NCBI GenBank assembly: GCA_051362555.1
Contig: CM120640.1
Location: 1,798,001-1,862,000 of the forward strand
DNA length: 64,000 nucleotides
Reading direction: 5' to 3'
Source of the DNA: Lingula anatina
Taxonomy: Eukaryota; Animalia; Brachiopoda
A program made the translations under genes and the position numbers. Shown here piece by piece: positions 37,601 to 49,094 of the stretch; position 1 is the first letter of the stretch; every line of letters begins with the position of its first letter. The notes under the pieces are model-generated. The model did no database searches, had not been told where the DNA came from, and worked only from the letters and a program-made list of their open reading frames with translations.

Positions 37601-40600
37601 ACCATGTCACGAGGCATTTCCCAAATGATAGAGTATCATCAAATAAAATTGCCTTGTAAACTAACATTTCTAAAAAATCCTAATACCTTGGATAGCACAG
37701 GTAAATCTATAATTCATGTCCAGGCCATTAGAAAGCATCATGCTAGGATTTTTAATGTACATACTTCAATCATTACCTTAGTAGACATAAAAATATGGAT
37801 TGTGTTCACTTTACCAGCCAGGTGATGAATGCCATTTTTTTTTAATTGTTGCTGTACATTTCAGAAAAATGCTGATATAATCATATGAATAGCTAGTGAA
37901 AAATTATGTCTATTATTCTGGTGTTTGTTCCAAATGGGATTTGAATGAACAGTGTTGTTTTTCTAATAAGGTCAGTACCAAATCAAAAAGACACTGAAGA
38001 CACGCAGACTTTTTAAAGTAAAATCTCTATCCAGTACATGGTTTGTGCCTAAGTGTCTTTGAATAAAAAATTGTTTTGGAAATAATAATAATAATAATTT
38101 AATAAAAATATATAATAATAGCATAGTAAATAGCTTTAACATAGTAAACAGGTCTAATGAAAAGTCATACCTCAAGACATGCTTACAGTGAAGATGAGCT
38201 GACCCTTCTAATCTGTAAACTGTCTACAAAAAACCTGCTTTCCTTATCCTAGTATATATTACATACTTCCCATTTAAATTGAAAAAAATTCTGTGCATGC
38301 AATAAATTTATCCAAATCAAATGGCCTGCAGAGGAGCTCCGTAAATTGAGCTAGCCTATCTTCAGTGTAAACAAGCCTCAAGTCTTTTACCTCTATACAA
38401 AAGATAAGGCAAGTTATTGGACATTATGGCTATGAGAGATAAACTTTGAACCTAGTTAAAGTGAGGATGGCATAAACAAGTCTCCTTAAATTTTATGTAG
38501 GGCATATACTAGTAACTAGATTTTATCAACTAGCACCAAGAAAAAAATATCTCTTATATGAACCAACACAAAATTCAAACAATGCAAAGAAGATGAAAAT
38601 TCAGATCTGCATATTTTAGACACAGTTATAAGAACCAAATAGCCTTTTTTCCCAAAAAACTACTTTATCAAATTGAGCCAAAGCTATCATAAAATAATGA
38701 AAATAATCAAAGATGTAATTCATATTTTTAGAATCCAGAAAATTACTATATACATCACAAAGTGACTTACCTTTTTACTAGTAAGTAACACATAGTTTAG
38801 GATAACTGTCTAGTGCTCAACTGTCTTTTGCAAACAGTTAACTAGATAATGTATCTGCCATTATTAGCAATCAAACTTAAATTAACAGTACAGGGATTTC
38901 ATGATAAATCTCATTTTACCTCTGAGGATATAGGCAAATTTCTCCTACACAATGTCCATTCTGCTGCTGTACTTGGATTTGATAATGTGTGTGTGTGAGA
39001 GAGAGCGAGAGAGTCTGATGGAAGAGGTGAAGACCTGATTGACAAAGTATGATTATTATATTAATGTCCACTGGTCTTGTGACTGTACTAGTATCTACAT
39101 GGCCACAGATTTGCAGTTTAAGACCCTATTTCCATAGATTTTTTAGATCGATCTATCCCTGTGGGGAGTCTCACTAGATTACTGTCAGCTTAGCCGGCTT
39201 AAGTGTCTGTCCCGCCTACTGAAAGCTATAAGGGGGTAATTAACTAAGGTGCGCGCTCGGCTGACTGCAATTTAGCGTGAACCCCCAGGGAGTTAGGTCA
39301 ATCTAAATCTTAATCTCTGGATTGATCTTAATCTCTGGGAATACACCCTAAGTGCCACTTTAAAGGAGGGGGGGGGGGGGGGCAAGAAAAACACTGACAG
39401 CTTCCAGGCCTTTCCAACCTCCACCTTCCTAAAATCTACTAGTACTGGCATGAACCAGGATTTACTGGTCAGAATAAAAATTCAGTAAGACTGGAAAGTT
39501 TTCCCAATTGCATACACATATAGGTAATAACAAGATCTTGATCTTATCTTTTTTTTTTTTATGATAAAGAATCATCAGTTACATTTCAGAAAAATAATCA
39601 AAATGAAAGATCTTTTGAAAAAGCATAGAAAAAAACACTAAATTAATGCATTCTGAAAAATCTACTGGTCCAAATGAATTTTTACTGGCTGCAGGCATAG
39701 GAAGGACCAGTGGCTTAGGTGGCAGACTTCAGACATAAAATGAGCAAATTACTGGCTGTGTGTCTTGTGACTGGCCATGTGGCCTCAACTGACATATGTC
39801 AACTTACTTCCAAAACACATCATAAATCAAGTTCAAGTACCAACAAGGCTTTCTCCAAACTGACAAGATTCAGATAAAATGACACCTTATAATTCCAAAG
39901 TAATCATTGCAGAGTGATATGTTGAACTTGTCATAACAATATCCAATTTTATTGCAACATGCTACTCATAACTTTGGATAACTTGTCACCATAATTTCCA
40001 ATATTATTGGAATCACGTAACGGTCTCCAATGTCCTAACATCACACCTTCTGAGTAAATCGATGACAGGAAATGTTACACTCAACGTGATTGTTCAACCT
40101 CTAAATCATGATTCTTCACAATGAAAATAGATTCAAGTATTCAAGTTATGTCTAAAGCTAGGTATGAAATAGATATCTTTAAATCTTCGGCTCCAGGTGT
40201 TCAACATCAAGGAAAGTGAGAAAGAAATTTCATATGGAATGTTTTTTTCTGTTTCAAGTACTAGATTATCATTAAGAAAGAGAGAGAGAGAGAGAGGCTC
40301 ATTACTTTCAAGTCAAAACAATTTTTAAGATAATTGCTTCCTATGGAATATTTGCGGCCACTAATCTTTTTTTTTAATTGAATCTGAATTTACCTTACAT
40401 AATTCTGTCTGAATATAGCATGGTACAATAGCGTGACTGTGATCAGTTTGTGGAGAATAGCACGGCCAATAAGATACACGAGTTTGTGTGCAGGGATGTA
40501 ACAAACACTAGACAAACTACTTATAACATAAAGTATATATAACAGGTTTCAGTTACCAAGGCAAGCTAATGCTGGTCTGCTGTGTTAAGTGGTTTGACAG

Positions 40601-42519
40601 ACCCATCAAATACATAAATATCATTTCAGAAATATATGCAGGCTCAATGTGATAAGTGTGGAAAAAAAAGAGAAAACATTGAAAAAGAAAAAATGGTTTG
40701 TATCCTATATTAAGAGGCAAAGGATTATAGTACAGATGAAAATGCTTAAAATTTCTACTATGAAGGCTGATTATAGAAGTCAACTTGATAATACACCTAC
40801 TATATATCCTTTTATCACATTTGTTGAGAACACAACAGGTGTCACTGATAATAGCCAGGTAAAAATCAATAGGGATCTCTATCAAGAGCAATAAAATCAC
40901 ACCATATTCTGCATATAACTCCTTAGTGCTTTTTTCCATAAGATCATATCAATGGCATTATTTATTCAATAACACTTAAGCTAATTAATAAAATAATTTT
41001 TCAAATGATATTCTAATAACCAAAAAAAAAAAAAATTATAGGCACCAAAATAAATTATGAAGATAGTTAATACAATTATCCTATATTAGCAGACATTGCA
41101 GCATGCTACCACGGTTGTAAGAGCACATACTAGTACATATTTAAAGAATACACTTGCTATCAGGGGTTTTGCCAGGATTTGGGGTACAGGGAGTCCAAAA
41201 TGTTGATCTGTAATTTGGTTACCGATTTATAGAGAGTCCAACTACAACTATACCGTCATTCCCCAAAACTTTCATAAGCTGTCCAGGCGTCTATGGAAAT
41301 AGAGGCTGCTTTTTAGACATGTGGCCATGTCCAAATGATGCTGGATGGTTCTCTGGGGAAAGCCTTGCTTACTGTCATCCCTCGTCTGCCAGATAATAAT
41401 CTCTGTCTATCTGTCTGTCTACAGTATTATCCTACTGCTTCAAACTGATGTATATAATTAATGGGGACTACAGGAGGGTTTCCTTTAATAGCTGCACAAA
41501 AACTCATTATTTTGTACTACTTCAAGTGATACATCATGAAGCTCGATCCCTACTTGATGAATTCAACAAATTTAATTTCACAGCCTGGTTTAGAATGAAG
41601 TGTTAGTTGATGGATGTATTGGCTGCACAATAAGCTGGAAATCTATAGTGGTGGGGTCTTCTTATTACAGATGGACCAGATGCTAAGTGCAGTAACAATG
41701 ATGAAGTAATCAGATATATATTAGTTCTAATTATATTTCAATTACTGTCTGTAATACATGTAACACCTATAAATACAGTGCTTTGCATTACATTACACTG
41801 TCATCAGTTCTCAATCTGTTCAAAAATTTGATGAATATTTTTTTAATCATCAGTTTTCACCTTACTTCAACCATCATTTATTGTGACTTTGCTTGAAAGC
41901 TGAGAGAGAACAATACTATAGTAATTAAGGCAGTAAAGACCAAAGAAGTAAAAAAATGTGTAGAGACGGAATATAGTATTCTGCATGGATGCACAATTTC
42001 TACAATTACAACTGTATGTGCACAACGGTACTTTTTAATGCATGTTTCTCATATTAATGTTAAAATGTGAGAGACCTGACAGGCTTGAAAGTTAAACAAG
42101 TAGTGAACTACTTCTGTAATTAACCCTCCCCCTCTTCGTAGACAATTCATGGTTCGTCTTTTCAATTTAATCCTAAAGCAGTACGTAATTATTGTCATTT
42201 GGCATTAAAAACAATGTCTATGTTGACAGAGTTCTGCATATAAGTACTGCAGTTTTTGTATCAAACCCTAGCAATGATAAAGACTATATGCAGTGAATGA
42301 TGCGGCGAGAGTAATCAATGAAGTATGTGAGCGTTTCTTACATATTACAAAGCTTTTACCACGTTGGAAAAGCTTGGTAGACAGTAAGATTTTAATGATA
42401 CATACCTGGGCTTGGATTCGACCATCTTCTGTCACAATCCAATGTGTAGAAGCTCGAGAAGTAGGAAAGGGACAAAAAACTAGCATGGACCATGCAACAA
42501 CAACAACCACCGTCGCCAT
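19720..42519 (-). CDS. TTC17: Tetratricopeptide repeat protein 17 homolog (signal peptide, three TPR clusters, ~27 exons)
   Basis: First exon MATVVVVVAWSMLVFCPFPTSRASTHWIVTEDGRIQAQ (42406-42519), then ADSVFNMRRPYDLMALLKQEER. Other exons give SWVLYNMAAFYWRIKG..VECLRRALHFSP, ALISLANILHRARYSNEAAIVVHAAL, HAVLCHAKLEGALEAQHR|SLQRTLTELKDYQKKH, WILYNLAGLYWRI and SWVLGNLAALYWRVEGNAKHAVNCLR. Last exon GDWPKAVMFYESTLGLQSSFEPARDRLKAIQC ends at stop 19720-19722. These match recalled TTC17 motifs. Confidence 0.95.
23939..23996. repeat. (TA)n microsatellite
   Basis: TA run next to an A-rich tract in a TTC17 intron. Confidence 0.95.
25590..25692. repeat. Imperfect (CA)n microsatellite
   Basis: CA runs abutting the 66-bp array. 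Confidence 0.9.
25690..26084. repeat. Tandem array, 66-bp unit x 6, spanning a TTC17 splice donor
   Basis: TGGACA recurs at 25701, 25767, 25833, 25899, 25965 and 26031. On the minus strand the unit is 55 nt of exon end (GQCQQSCDMKPECKCQCP) plus 11 nt of intron (gtatgta.tgt). Confidence 0.97.
28358..29451. mobile_element. Non-autonomous PIF/Harbinger-type DNA transposon (~1.1 kb) in a TTC17 intron
   Basis: ~34-bp TIR GGCCACACTTTTTTA(T/A)TTTTATGGATGACATCCT at both ends with one mismatch. TTA target duplication at 28355-28357 and 29452-29454. CpG-rich interior with no recognisable transposase. Confidence 0.85.
30585..30861. repeat. Tandem array, 46-47-bp unit x 6, spanning a TTC17 splice donor
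   Basis: CCTATA recurs at 30585, 30632, 30678, 30724, 30770 and 30817. On the minus strand the unit is 43-44 nt of exon end (GYEEYKLMESTVLI) plus gta. Confidence 0.97.
31105..31387. repeat. Tandem array, 49-bp unit x ~6, spanning a TTC17 splice donor
   Basis: TTACCT recurs at 31105, 31154, 31203, 31252, 31301 and 31349. On the minus strand the unit is 35 nt of exon end (AKLEGALEAQHR) plus gtaagttacacata. Confidence 0.97.
33392..33648. mobile_element. Palindromic MITE, Harbinger/Tourist-like (family A, copy 1)
   Basis: GGCTTCGTTCACATGCAATGTCTATTTTCTAAATTCT... is mirrored at the right end, with arms pairing almost to the centre (~33520). TTA flanks both sides. Confidence 0.9.
33669..33770. 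repeat. Two-copy 56-bp duplication spanning a TTC17 splice donor
   Basis: TACCTCTAAATGTTCAAAAGC(A/G)TGGATGCTATACTC at 33679 and 33735. The exon ends EYSIHAFEHLE|gtaaga. Confidence 0.9.
34876..35040. mobile_element. Degenerate short MITE-like element
   Basis: CAGGGGCGGATCCAG at the left and TTAATCTGCCACTG at the right form imperfect inverted termini. Flanks are cacata and cccata. Confidence 0.45.
39122..39348. mobile_element. Degenerate foldback MITE in TTC17 intron 1
   Basis: Imperfect inverted arms (TATTTCCATAGATT..AGATCGATCTA..CCCTGTGGGG..GTCAGC versus the reverse complement of the right half). TAA flanks both sides. Confidence 0.5.
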
Positions 42520-42773
42520 CTTTCCTCCTAATGAATATGCATGTCCTTGGGATGAAAGTATGGTGGCCCATAAGAAAATTTGTTAAAATCTCAACTAACA
42601 CAATGGGTGGGAGAATCTCAAATAATTTTAGACATCAATCCATGGGTTCAAGGATTTGTCAAGCACTTCAATTCAGCATGGCAAAAGGAGATTCACTTGC
42701 ACAATAACCAATTAAGTTTGTATTACTTTTTGTGTTCAACGTTTTGAACTGTAGATCTAGATCTAGTCTATAG

Positions 42774-42804
<31 letters not shown>

Positions 42805-43378
42805 ATATTTTACCTCATTTACTCGTGAAGAAAGCAATAGTTTTAAGCACTTTAGATTGACAATGTTAAGAAATTGAATGCTACTATCCACATAGGTCTA
42901 GGATGGGAAAACATTGAAATATATATATGCCAAAGCTGATCAAATTGTTCACAAAGATATGTAATATATTGGACTGGAATTTCTTTGTCCCCTGTCATCA
43001 TCTCTTGACGTGACGAAAAGGTCAAATTTCTTTGCACTGTTATCCACATCAAAGTACGTACCGTGTGCAAGTGAAGAGAAAATGATTCAATGGAATGACT
43101 TGCATAAAAACCTACAGTGGCTGGCATATTGGGCTCACCGTAGATTTGTTCTGTTGACTTTGTTGACCAATCAAATTCCGAAACGTTGTAGTCTTCTTGC
43201 CATGTATAATGTTACGTATCCTCCAAAATATGAGGCAATCTAATTCCACTGTGATTGCATAAACAAGATTTCTAGCATACACAATAAAGGCAAATTTAGA
43301 TTATAATGTTAAATAAATTTATGTAAGCTTTTTGGGTGCATCAATCCCGTTTTCAGGAAAACATAGGCAAATAAAGCA

Positions 43379-43465
43379 CCCAATAAGAGGGAGAATATCC
43401 CATAACTGGAACAGCCCAAATACTTGTATATAAGCACATCGCAACCTATTTCTCGCAATAGTCGC
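43379..43465 (+). promoter_or_regulatory. Ferritin core promoter (CCAAT and TATA)
   Basis: CCAAT at ~43379-43383 and TATATAA at 43427-43433, ~40 nt upstream of the IRE and ~135 nt upstream of the ATG. Confidence 0.7.
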
Positions 43466-43469
43466 CATT

Positions 43470-43499
43470 TGTCTTGGGACGTCAGTGTGCGTACGGACA
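43470..43499 (+). promoter_or_regulatory. Iron-responsive element (IRE)-like stem-loop in the ferritin 5' UTR, non-canonical
   Basis: TGTCT-TGG-GACGT-CAGTGT-GCGTA-C-GGACA. CAGUGN loop at 43483-43488, upper stem ACGU/GCGU, lower stem UGUCU/GGACA. The bulge reads UGG instead of UGC. Confidence 0.85.
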
Positions 43500-43566
43500 G
43501 ATCGACCGCCAAACTTTCTTAACGTTTATAACGTTTGATTTCAACTTACACTAACTGAAACTGAAC

Positions 43567-46500
43567 ATGGCCGTCAGTCAGCCACGCCAGAATTATGCCG
43601 TTGAGAGCGAAGCGGGTGTGAACAAGCAGATCAACATGGAATTGTATGCGAGTTACGTGTATCATTCCATGGTAAGTCTATATTCTTCCCATTTATTTCA
43701 AACGCTTAAGCAGTGGTTAACAGAGAAAAGTTTAATATCGTGTACTTTTGTAATTAAAATGTTCTATGTCTGGGTAGGATGTTGTTTACGCAGTTGGCGT
43801 TCACGTGCGGAACTGGGTAACAGGGTCAAAAACTGGGACGCTAGTCACGTGTATAATGTAATCTATATTTAGCAGCGTGCGTCATTGCGATCCGTGGTTT
43901 AGTTGGTACCCCAGTACTTTTGATTTCGTTTTGTAGGGTTACTTAAAATTTGTGCTTTCAGAGATGATTACCATTATTAGTACCACCAGCGTATACGCTG
44001 GCGGTACTCATGGTTTTAGTCCCGGCCCGTCTCGTACAGCTCCGCCGGCTCCTGCGGCTCCGCCGGCTCCTGCGGCTCCGCCGGCTCCGCAGTCGGGCGC
44101 CGGAAACAAGTCACCGTTACCGCTTCTCCTCCTAGACCGCCAGGACCTGTGTCCCCATCTCTTGGATTTAGGTCACATATAATCTCAACTTGAACACCCT
44201 GGTTTTTTTGTCTCTGTCGGTGTATTGGCCTGGGCGTGACACTTGTTGAAATGCACCCTTGTCAAAATTTCAAGGATGAAAATTCAAGGCTAAATATCTC
44301 CCAAACCAAAGGAATTATGGGAAAAATTACTACAGAAGTCTGACCGAAAGTCATATGTGGAGATTCCAAATATGCCCTTGAATTTGACTTTTGACCTTTT
44401 TTTCAAGGTCAATCAAGCCAAAATTTTCTAAAAATGGGAATTTTCTTCAAAAAAATATTTGTTTGTGCTATTTATTGGAAACTACACAGATCTAAGCTCT
44501 CCTGTTATAGTGAGGGGTTACAATTGGGGACTCCTTTAATCTTTGGGAGTTTGGGGTCAATCGGTGCATTTTCACGGGAGAAGCAGCCATTAGATACCGA
44601 AACTGAAAACTTGCTTTTATTCTGGAATGGTAAATGCCAGAGACCTTTTGTTCATAGCATTTTGTAGAACTTGTCAAGTGCATTACTGGACGTGGTGTCC
44701 ATTTTTTTGTTTTCGATATAGTTTAGGCATTGCGCTGTATCAAATATTACAACATTGCAATATTCAGTTGGGGAAATGTTAAATATTCCAAATTAGCAGA
44801 AATATGCCCAAAGTTACTATTGAACTTGAATAGGAATTCATATACTGGTAATCTAACTGTGACCTTGAAATTGACCTTTGACCTACTTTTCATGATGAAC
44901 TGCACTTTGAAGTTTTCTGATCTTTATATCTCCAAAATTGGCAAAGATACGCCCAAAGTTACTGTTGAACTTTTATAGGAAGTTATATACTGGTAATCTA
45001 ACTGTGACCTTTAAATTGACCTTTGACCTACTTTTCACCATGAACTGAACTTTGCAAATTTTCCAGCCCTTATATCCCCAAAACTGGCAGAGATACACCC
45101 ATAGTTACTATTGAACTATAATAGGAAGTCATATACAAGCATTCTTATTGTGACCTTTAAATTGACCTTTGACCTATTTTCACCAGGAACTGAACTTTGC
45201 AAATTTTTCTTTCCTTTTATCTCCAAAACTGGCAGAGATAGGTCCATAGTTAGTATTGAACTTGAATAGGAAGTCATATACTGGCAATCTTACTGTGACC
45301 TTGAAATTGACCTTTGATATTTTCTTGCCCTTCATATCTTCAAAACTAGCAGAAATCTGCCCAGTGTTGTCCCTAGGTTTTCTCTTTTGTCAGCACCGGT
45401 ATATGCAATACTGATAATGCATTTCGAGGAAAACCCATAGGCCTATTGTCTAGAAAATCACAGGAGTGATCAGTGTTATGAAAATACAGGTCAATTTGAA
45501 CATCTCTTTGATTGGACCATTTTAACTGTTATGTTTTTTTTTTTTTTTTTTTTTTTTGCATATTTTGAGAATTCTTGTTAATTGCATTTTATAGAGCTTG
45601 TCAAGCACAAGACTGGTGGTGGTGTCCATACGAATGCGCTTACTCCAGCTGGTGGTACAATATCCAGAGGCGGTATCGCCTCTCTGATCCTCTAGTTAAA
45701 TAGTTCAAATATATATCTTTTGACAGGCTTACTATTTTGATCGTGACGATGTTGCCCTCCCTGGATTTCACAAGTTCTTCAAGAAGGCCTCCGAGGAAGA
45801 AAGGGAACATGCTGAGAAACTGATGAAGTTCCAGAACCAGCGTGGAGGCAGGATTGTGCTTCAGGACATCAGGGTTTGTACATTTTAATAAAACAAATAG
45901 ACTTATAGAAGAAAAGTAAACAAACATATGAACTCAAGTAAGATGAGTAAAAGAAAGTAAACATAACTCCAGTCGAATGAAAAATGTAAAGTTATTTTCT
46001 ATACATTGACTTGAGGTTGACTGACTTTTTGAGTTAGATGGTGCCATTGCATGAAATGGGGAAAAATAAAAAGGTGCAAATAGAAGCCTGTGATCATATG
46101 TTTGATTGGTAAAATAAAAAAATGTGCAGTATTTTGAAGCAGCATCTTCTATGTTATTTGTACTAAATCAGTCATATCTGTCTGTCTTTTCTGTAGAAGC
46201 CAGAGAAGGATGAGTGGGGAGATGGACTTGCAGCTATGCAGGTGGCCCTGGCCCTGGAGAAGAATGTCAACCAGGCCCTGCTGGACCTCCACAAGGTGGC
46301 CGCAGATAATGGGGACGCCCAGGTGTGTATATATCTTTAAGCTGCCCAGAAAAATGGAAAAAATACTCTGCTTCAGTATGGGATTCTTTTTGTGTTTAAG
46401 TTTAATCTTTTTGACATAGCATTTTTTGTGATGCACAATTCTCATATGCAGTTTAGGGTCAAAGTAAAGTTGTTTGTTCACAGCATTGGTCTTGAAATTG

Positions 46501-46899
46501 CTTATCACTTTTATTGCCATAGGCAAGCATGTGGGTTGACTTTCCCACACGACTTCAATAGCAATATCATTCAGGTTAAAGGTCATCTTGTGTTGATGTT
46601 TACTGATAAAGGGATTGCGCAAGAAAGTTTGATCTTTAACCCAGTATCAGATAAGTTGAGGTGAAACTTTATCACTATTTAAACAGAAAGCTTTGGAGAG
46701 AGTATTTTTCCATAAAGCAGACTTGGTTTTATATCTCATCATGCCACTTTGTTTGCAGATGACTGATTTCATCGAGGGCCACTATCTGACTGAGCAGGTG
46801 GAGTCCATCAAGCAGATCTCGGACCACATCACCAACCTGAAGAGGTGCGGCAAGGGTCTGGGCGAGTACATGTTCGACAAGGAGACCCTGCAGGATTAA
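43567..46899 (+). CDS. FTH1: Ferritin, soma / heavy-chain type (172 aa, 4 exons)
   Basis: Exons 43567-43671, 45727-45873, 46197-46322 and 46759-46899 give [35 protein letters not shown]|[49 protein letters not shown]|[42 protein letters not shown]|[46 protein letters not shown]. Ferroxidase residues are present. The symbol denotes the H-type family, not proven orthology. Confidence 0.98.
43973..45370 (+). mobile_element. Helentron-associated (HINE-like) non-autonomous element in ferritin intron 1
   Basis: A 5' hairpin AGTACCACCAGCGTATACGCTGGCGGTACT (43979-44008) is followed by a GC-rich 9/18-bp micro-repeat (GCTCCGCCG/GCTCCTGCG, ~44039-44090) and an internal ~146-bp tandem array. This is the modular layout known for molluscan HINEs. 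The 3' end is not clearly defined. Confidence 0.65.
44796..45365. repeat. ~146-bp tandem repeat x ~4 inside the HINE-like element
   Basis: GCAGA.ATA..CCCA.AGTTACTATTGAACT..AATAGGAA recurs at ~44796, 44941, 45087, 45232 and 45349 (partial). Confidence 0.9.
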
Positions 46900-49094
46900 A
46901 CATCCACATATGAGGAGTGCCACTCAGACACAAATTGTCTTAGAGGACTATCTAAATAAACATTCTCGTATTAATCAATATGTAGAAGTTGTTTCTGTGG
47001 AGAAGTGTGCATTCCCATTTTTAACATAATCGCCTTGTTAAGGTCACGAAAATTAGTTTGTCTTTCCAAATCACTCTATGCTTGCATCTTTGGTTTGCTT
47101 CTGGTTTTAACTTTTGGTTTCATTTATTGTAAGAAATCTTTTAAAGATATTTGAGTGAAGGGATGCCATCTGGACAGAGAGAAAAGCTAAGAGAGAGACT
47201 GTTTGTCATCAGGAAAGGAAGAAACTTCCAAGTTAGTTTTTCATTTTAAATAAAGATGCCATAAACTGCAGAAGTTCTTTGTTTTTGAATGAATGGAGTT
47301 TTCTCTTCAGTTGAAATGAGTATGCCCCAGACTTATCAAAATTTATTCAACTTTTTAAATTTGGCCTGAAGCAGAATGTACACTTTTAGATTGCAAAAAC
47401 ACGACCTTATGTTTTTGATATTCAAACTTGAACCCAACCAAGCAGAGAAGTTTCCAAACAGAATGACCAATAAGTATTGTCATGCACATTAAATGCTTGA
47501 CTACTAAAATATGACGGTATATTCACAAGTAAATCAGATAAAGCTATGCAAACTAAGATTTTTTATTTCTTATTGATTGTTCTTGCCATTCTTAGAAAAA
47601 ACAAGTGTGCTTACTTCTTCCAATTAAGGATACACAAGGTGTCAAGCTGACACCTTGGGGTAATTAAGCTGCACCTAAATCCAAAACGTGGATGAAAGAA
47701 CACAAATAGTGACAGCTGTCTCTATGGAAATCTATGGAGATATTTCAAAATTAAGGTGTAAAACAATTGGTGATGAAATTGAAATTTTTGCATTTAATAT
47801 TGTGTAACCTGAACCAAACGCCCTGTATATTTAGCATTAAATTAAGGGAATAAAATTTGAATTTGATTTAGTTCCGAGGGTGCAGGGTGTGTGATTAACA
47901 GTATATCTGTGTGTAGCATGGGTGCAGTTTTGCTATAAAGAAACCATGAAAAAAATCTTTATTTAGTGACCAACAGTCATACGTGTTCAAAATTCTAGAT
48001 GCACTGGGATTAAGTGCATTAATCAAAATGACTCAGCAACCCTATTTGAGGACATCCTTAACTTTGTCCTGCTTGTGGACAGTTTTTTCATTGATGACTT
48101 TCTTCTTATCCGTGTTTAGGTAACTTATCAGACCCCCTCCCCGCTTCCCAATCCCTCACTTAGCATATCAAATATTTAGCAGTTTGATTATGGCTTTGAT
48201 ATTTGGTTGTAAACTGAACTTTGTTGAATGACCTAAGTTGCCTTCAAAATAAACACAGATTTACTTAATGATATGAAAATTCATATTTATATGCTAACAT
48301 TTTATTTGTTCCACCTAATATATAGATTCTCCACCACTATGCACAATTGATCTTATATATATACTACAAGCAAATGAGGCCTCTTAGTGCAGCATTTTAC
48401 CAATTTATACAGGGTGAGATGTATACTGAAAGATTTTACCAAAAAATAGGGAGAAACAGCCAGAACATTCCCTGCCTGTGTGCATAGTAGTTAGTCCCCA
48501 TTTTAAGATAAAAATAAAACAATGGCAAAATTCTGACTTGATGGAATACCTTTATTATAAACTATCTTCAGCTTTGTCCATGAGCTCACACCAATACAAG
48601 TATGTGACATAGGAATTATGGTAAAAAGCACTTCCTGGTTAAATATTTATCCTTACAAAAATCTAAAAAAAAAAAAGGACATTTTAACTTGCACATTAGC
48701 AGTTTTAAAAACAAAACTCTTAAGACTAAAATGAAATTAATTCCTAACAAGATGAAATTTGCAATATGTTATTTTTGAAACATTTTTTAAATTGCATTAA
48801 CACTTTTAAAAAATGAAACTATTGGTGATACTTTCACAAAAGAATACATGAAAAAATGGGTGATTAACAAAATCACAGTTTGGCTTGACATGATGACATG
48901 ATAAATTTGTTTTAGAGACAGACATTCCTTTATCCTGTGTACTGGATAATTATGACTGCAGCACCTACATATACATTATTGTGTTTGAATGGTGTGTGAT
49001 ACTGTGAAAGTCACTCAAATCATGGACAAAATTACGTCAATTTGTCCATGCTCAAATGTAAGGGAAAAGTTGAATATGTTACTTCATCAAAGTC

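Noticed and set aside
41161-41367. CAGGGGTTTTGCCAG ... CTGGGGAAAGCCTTG as a MITE
   Set aside because: The termini are too degenerate and there is no clear TSD.
43952-44182. Pro/Ala-rich ORF in ferritin intron 1
   Set aside because: It is a translation of the 9/18-bp micro-repeat of the HINE-like element.
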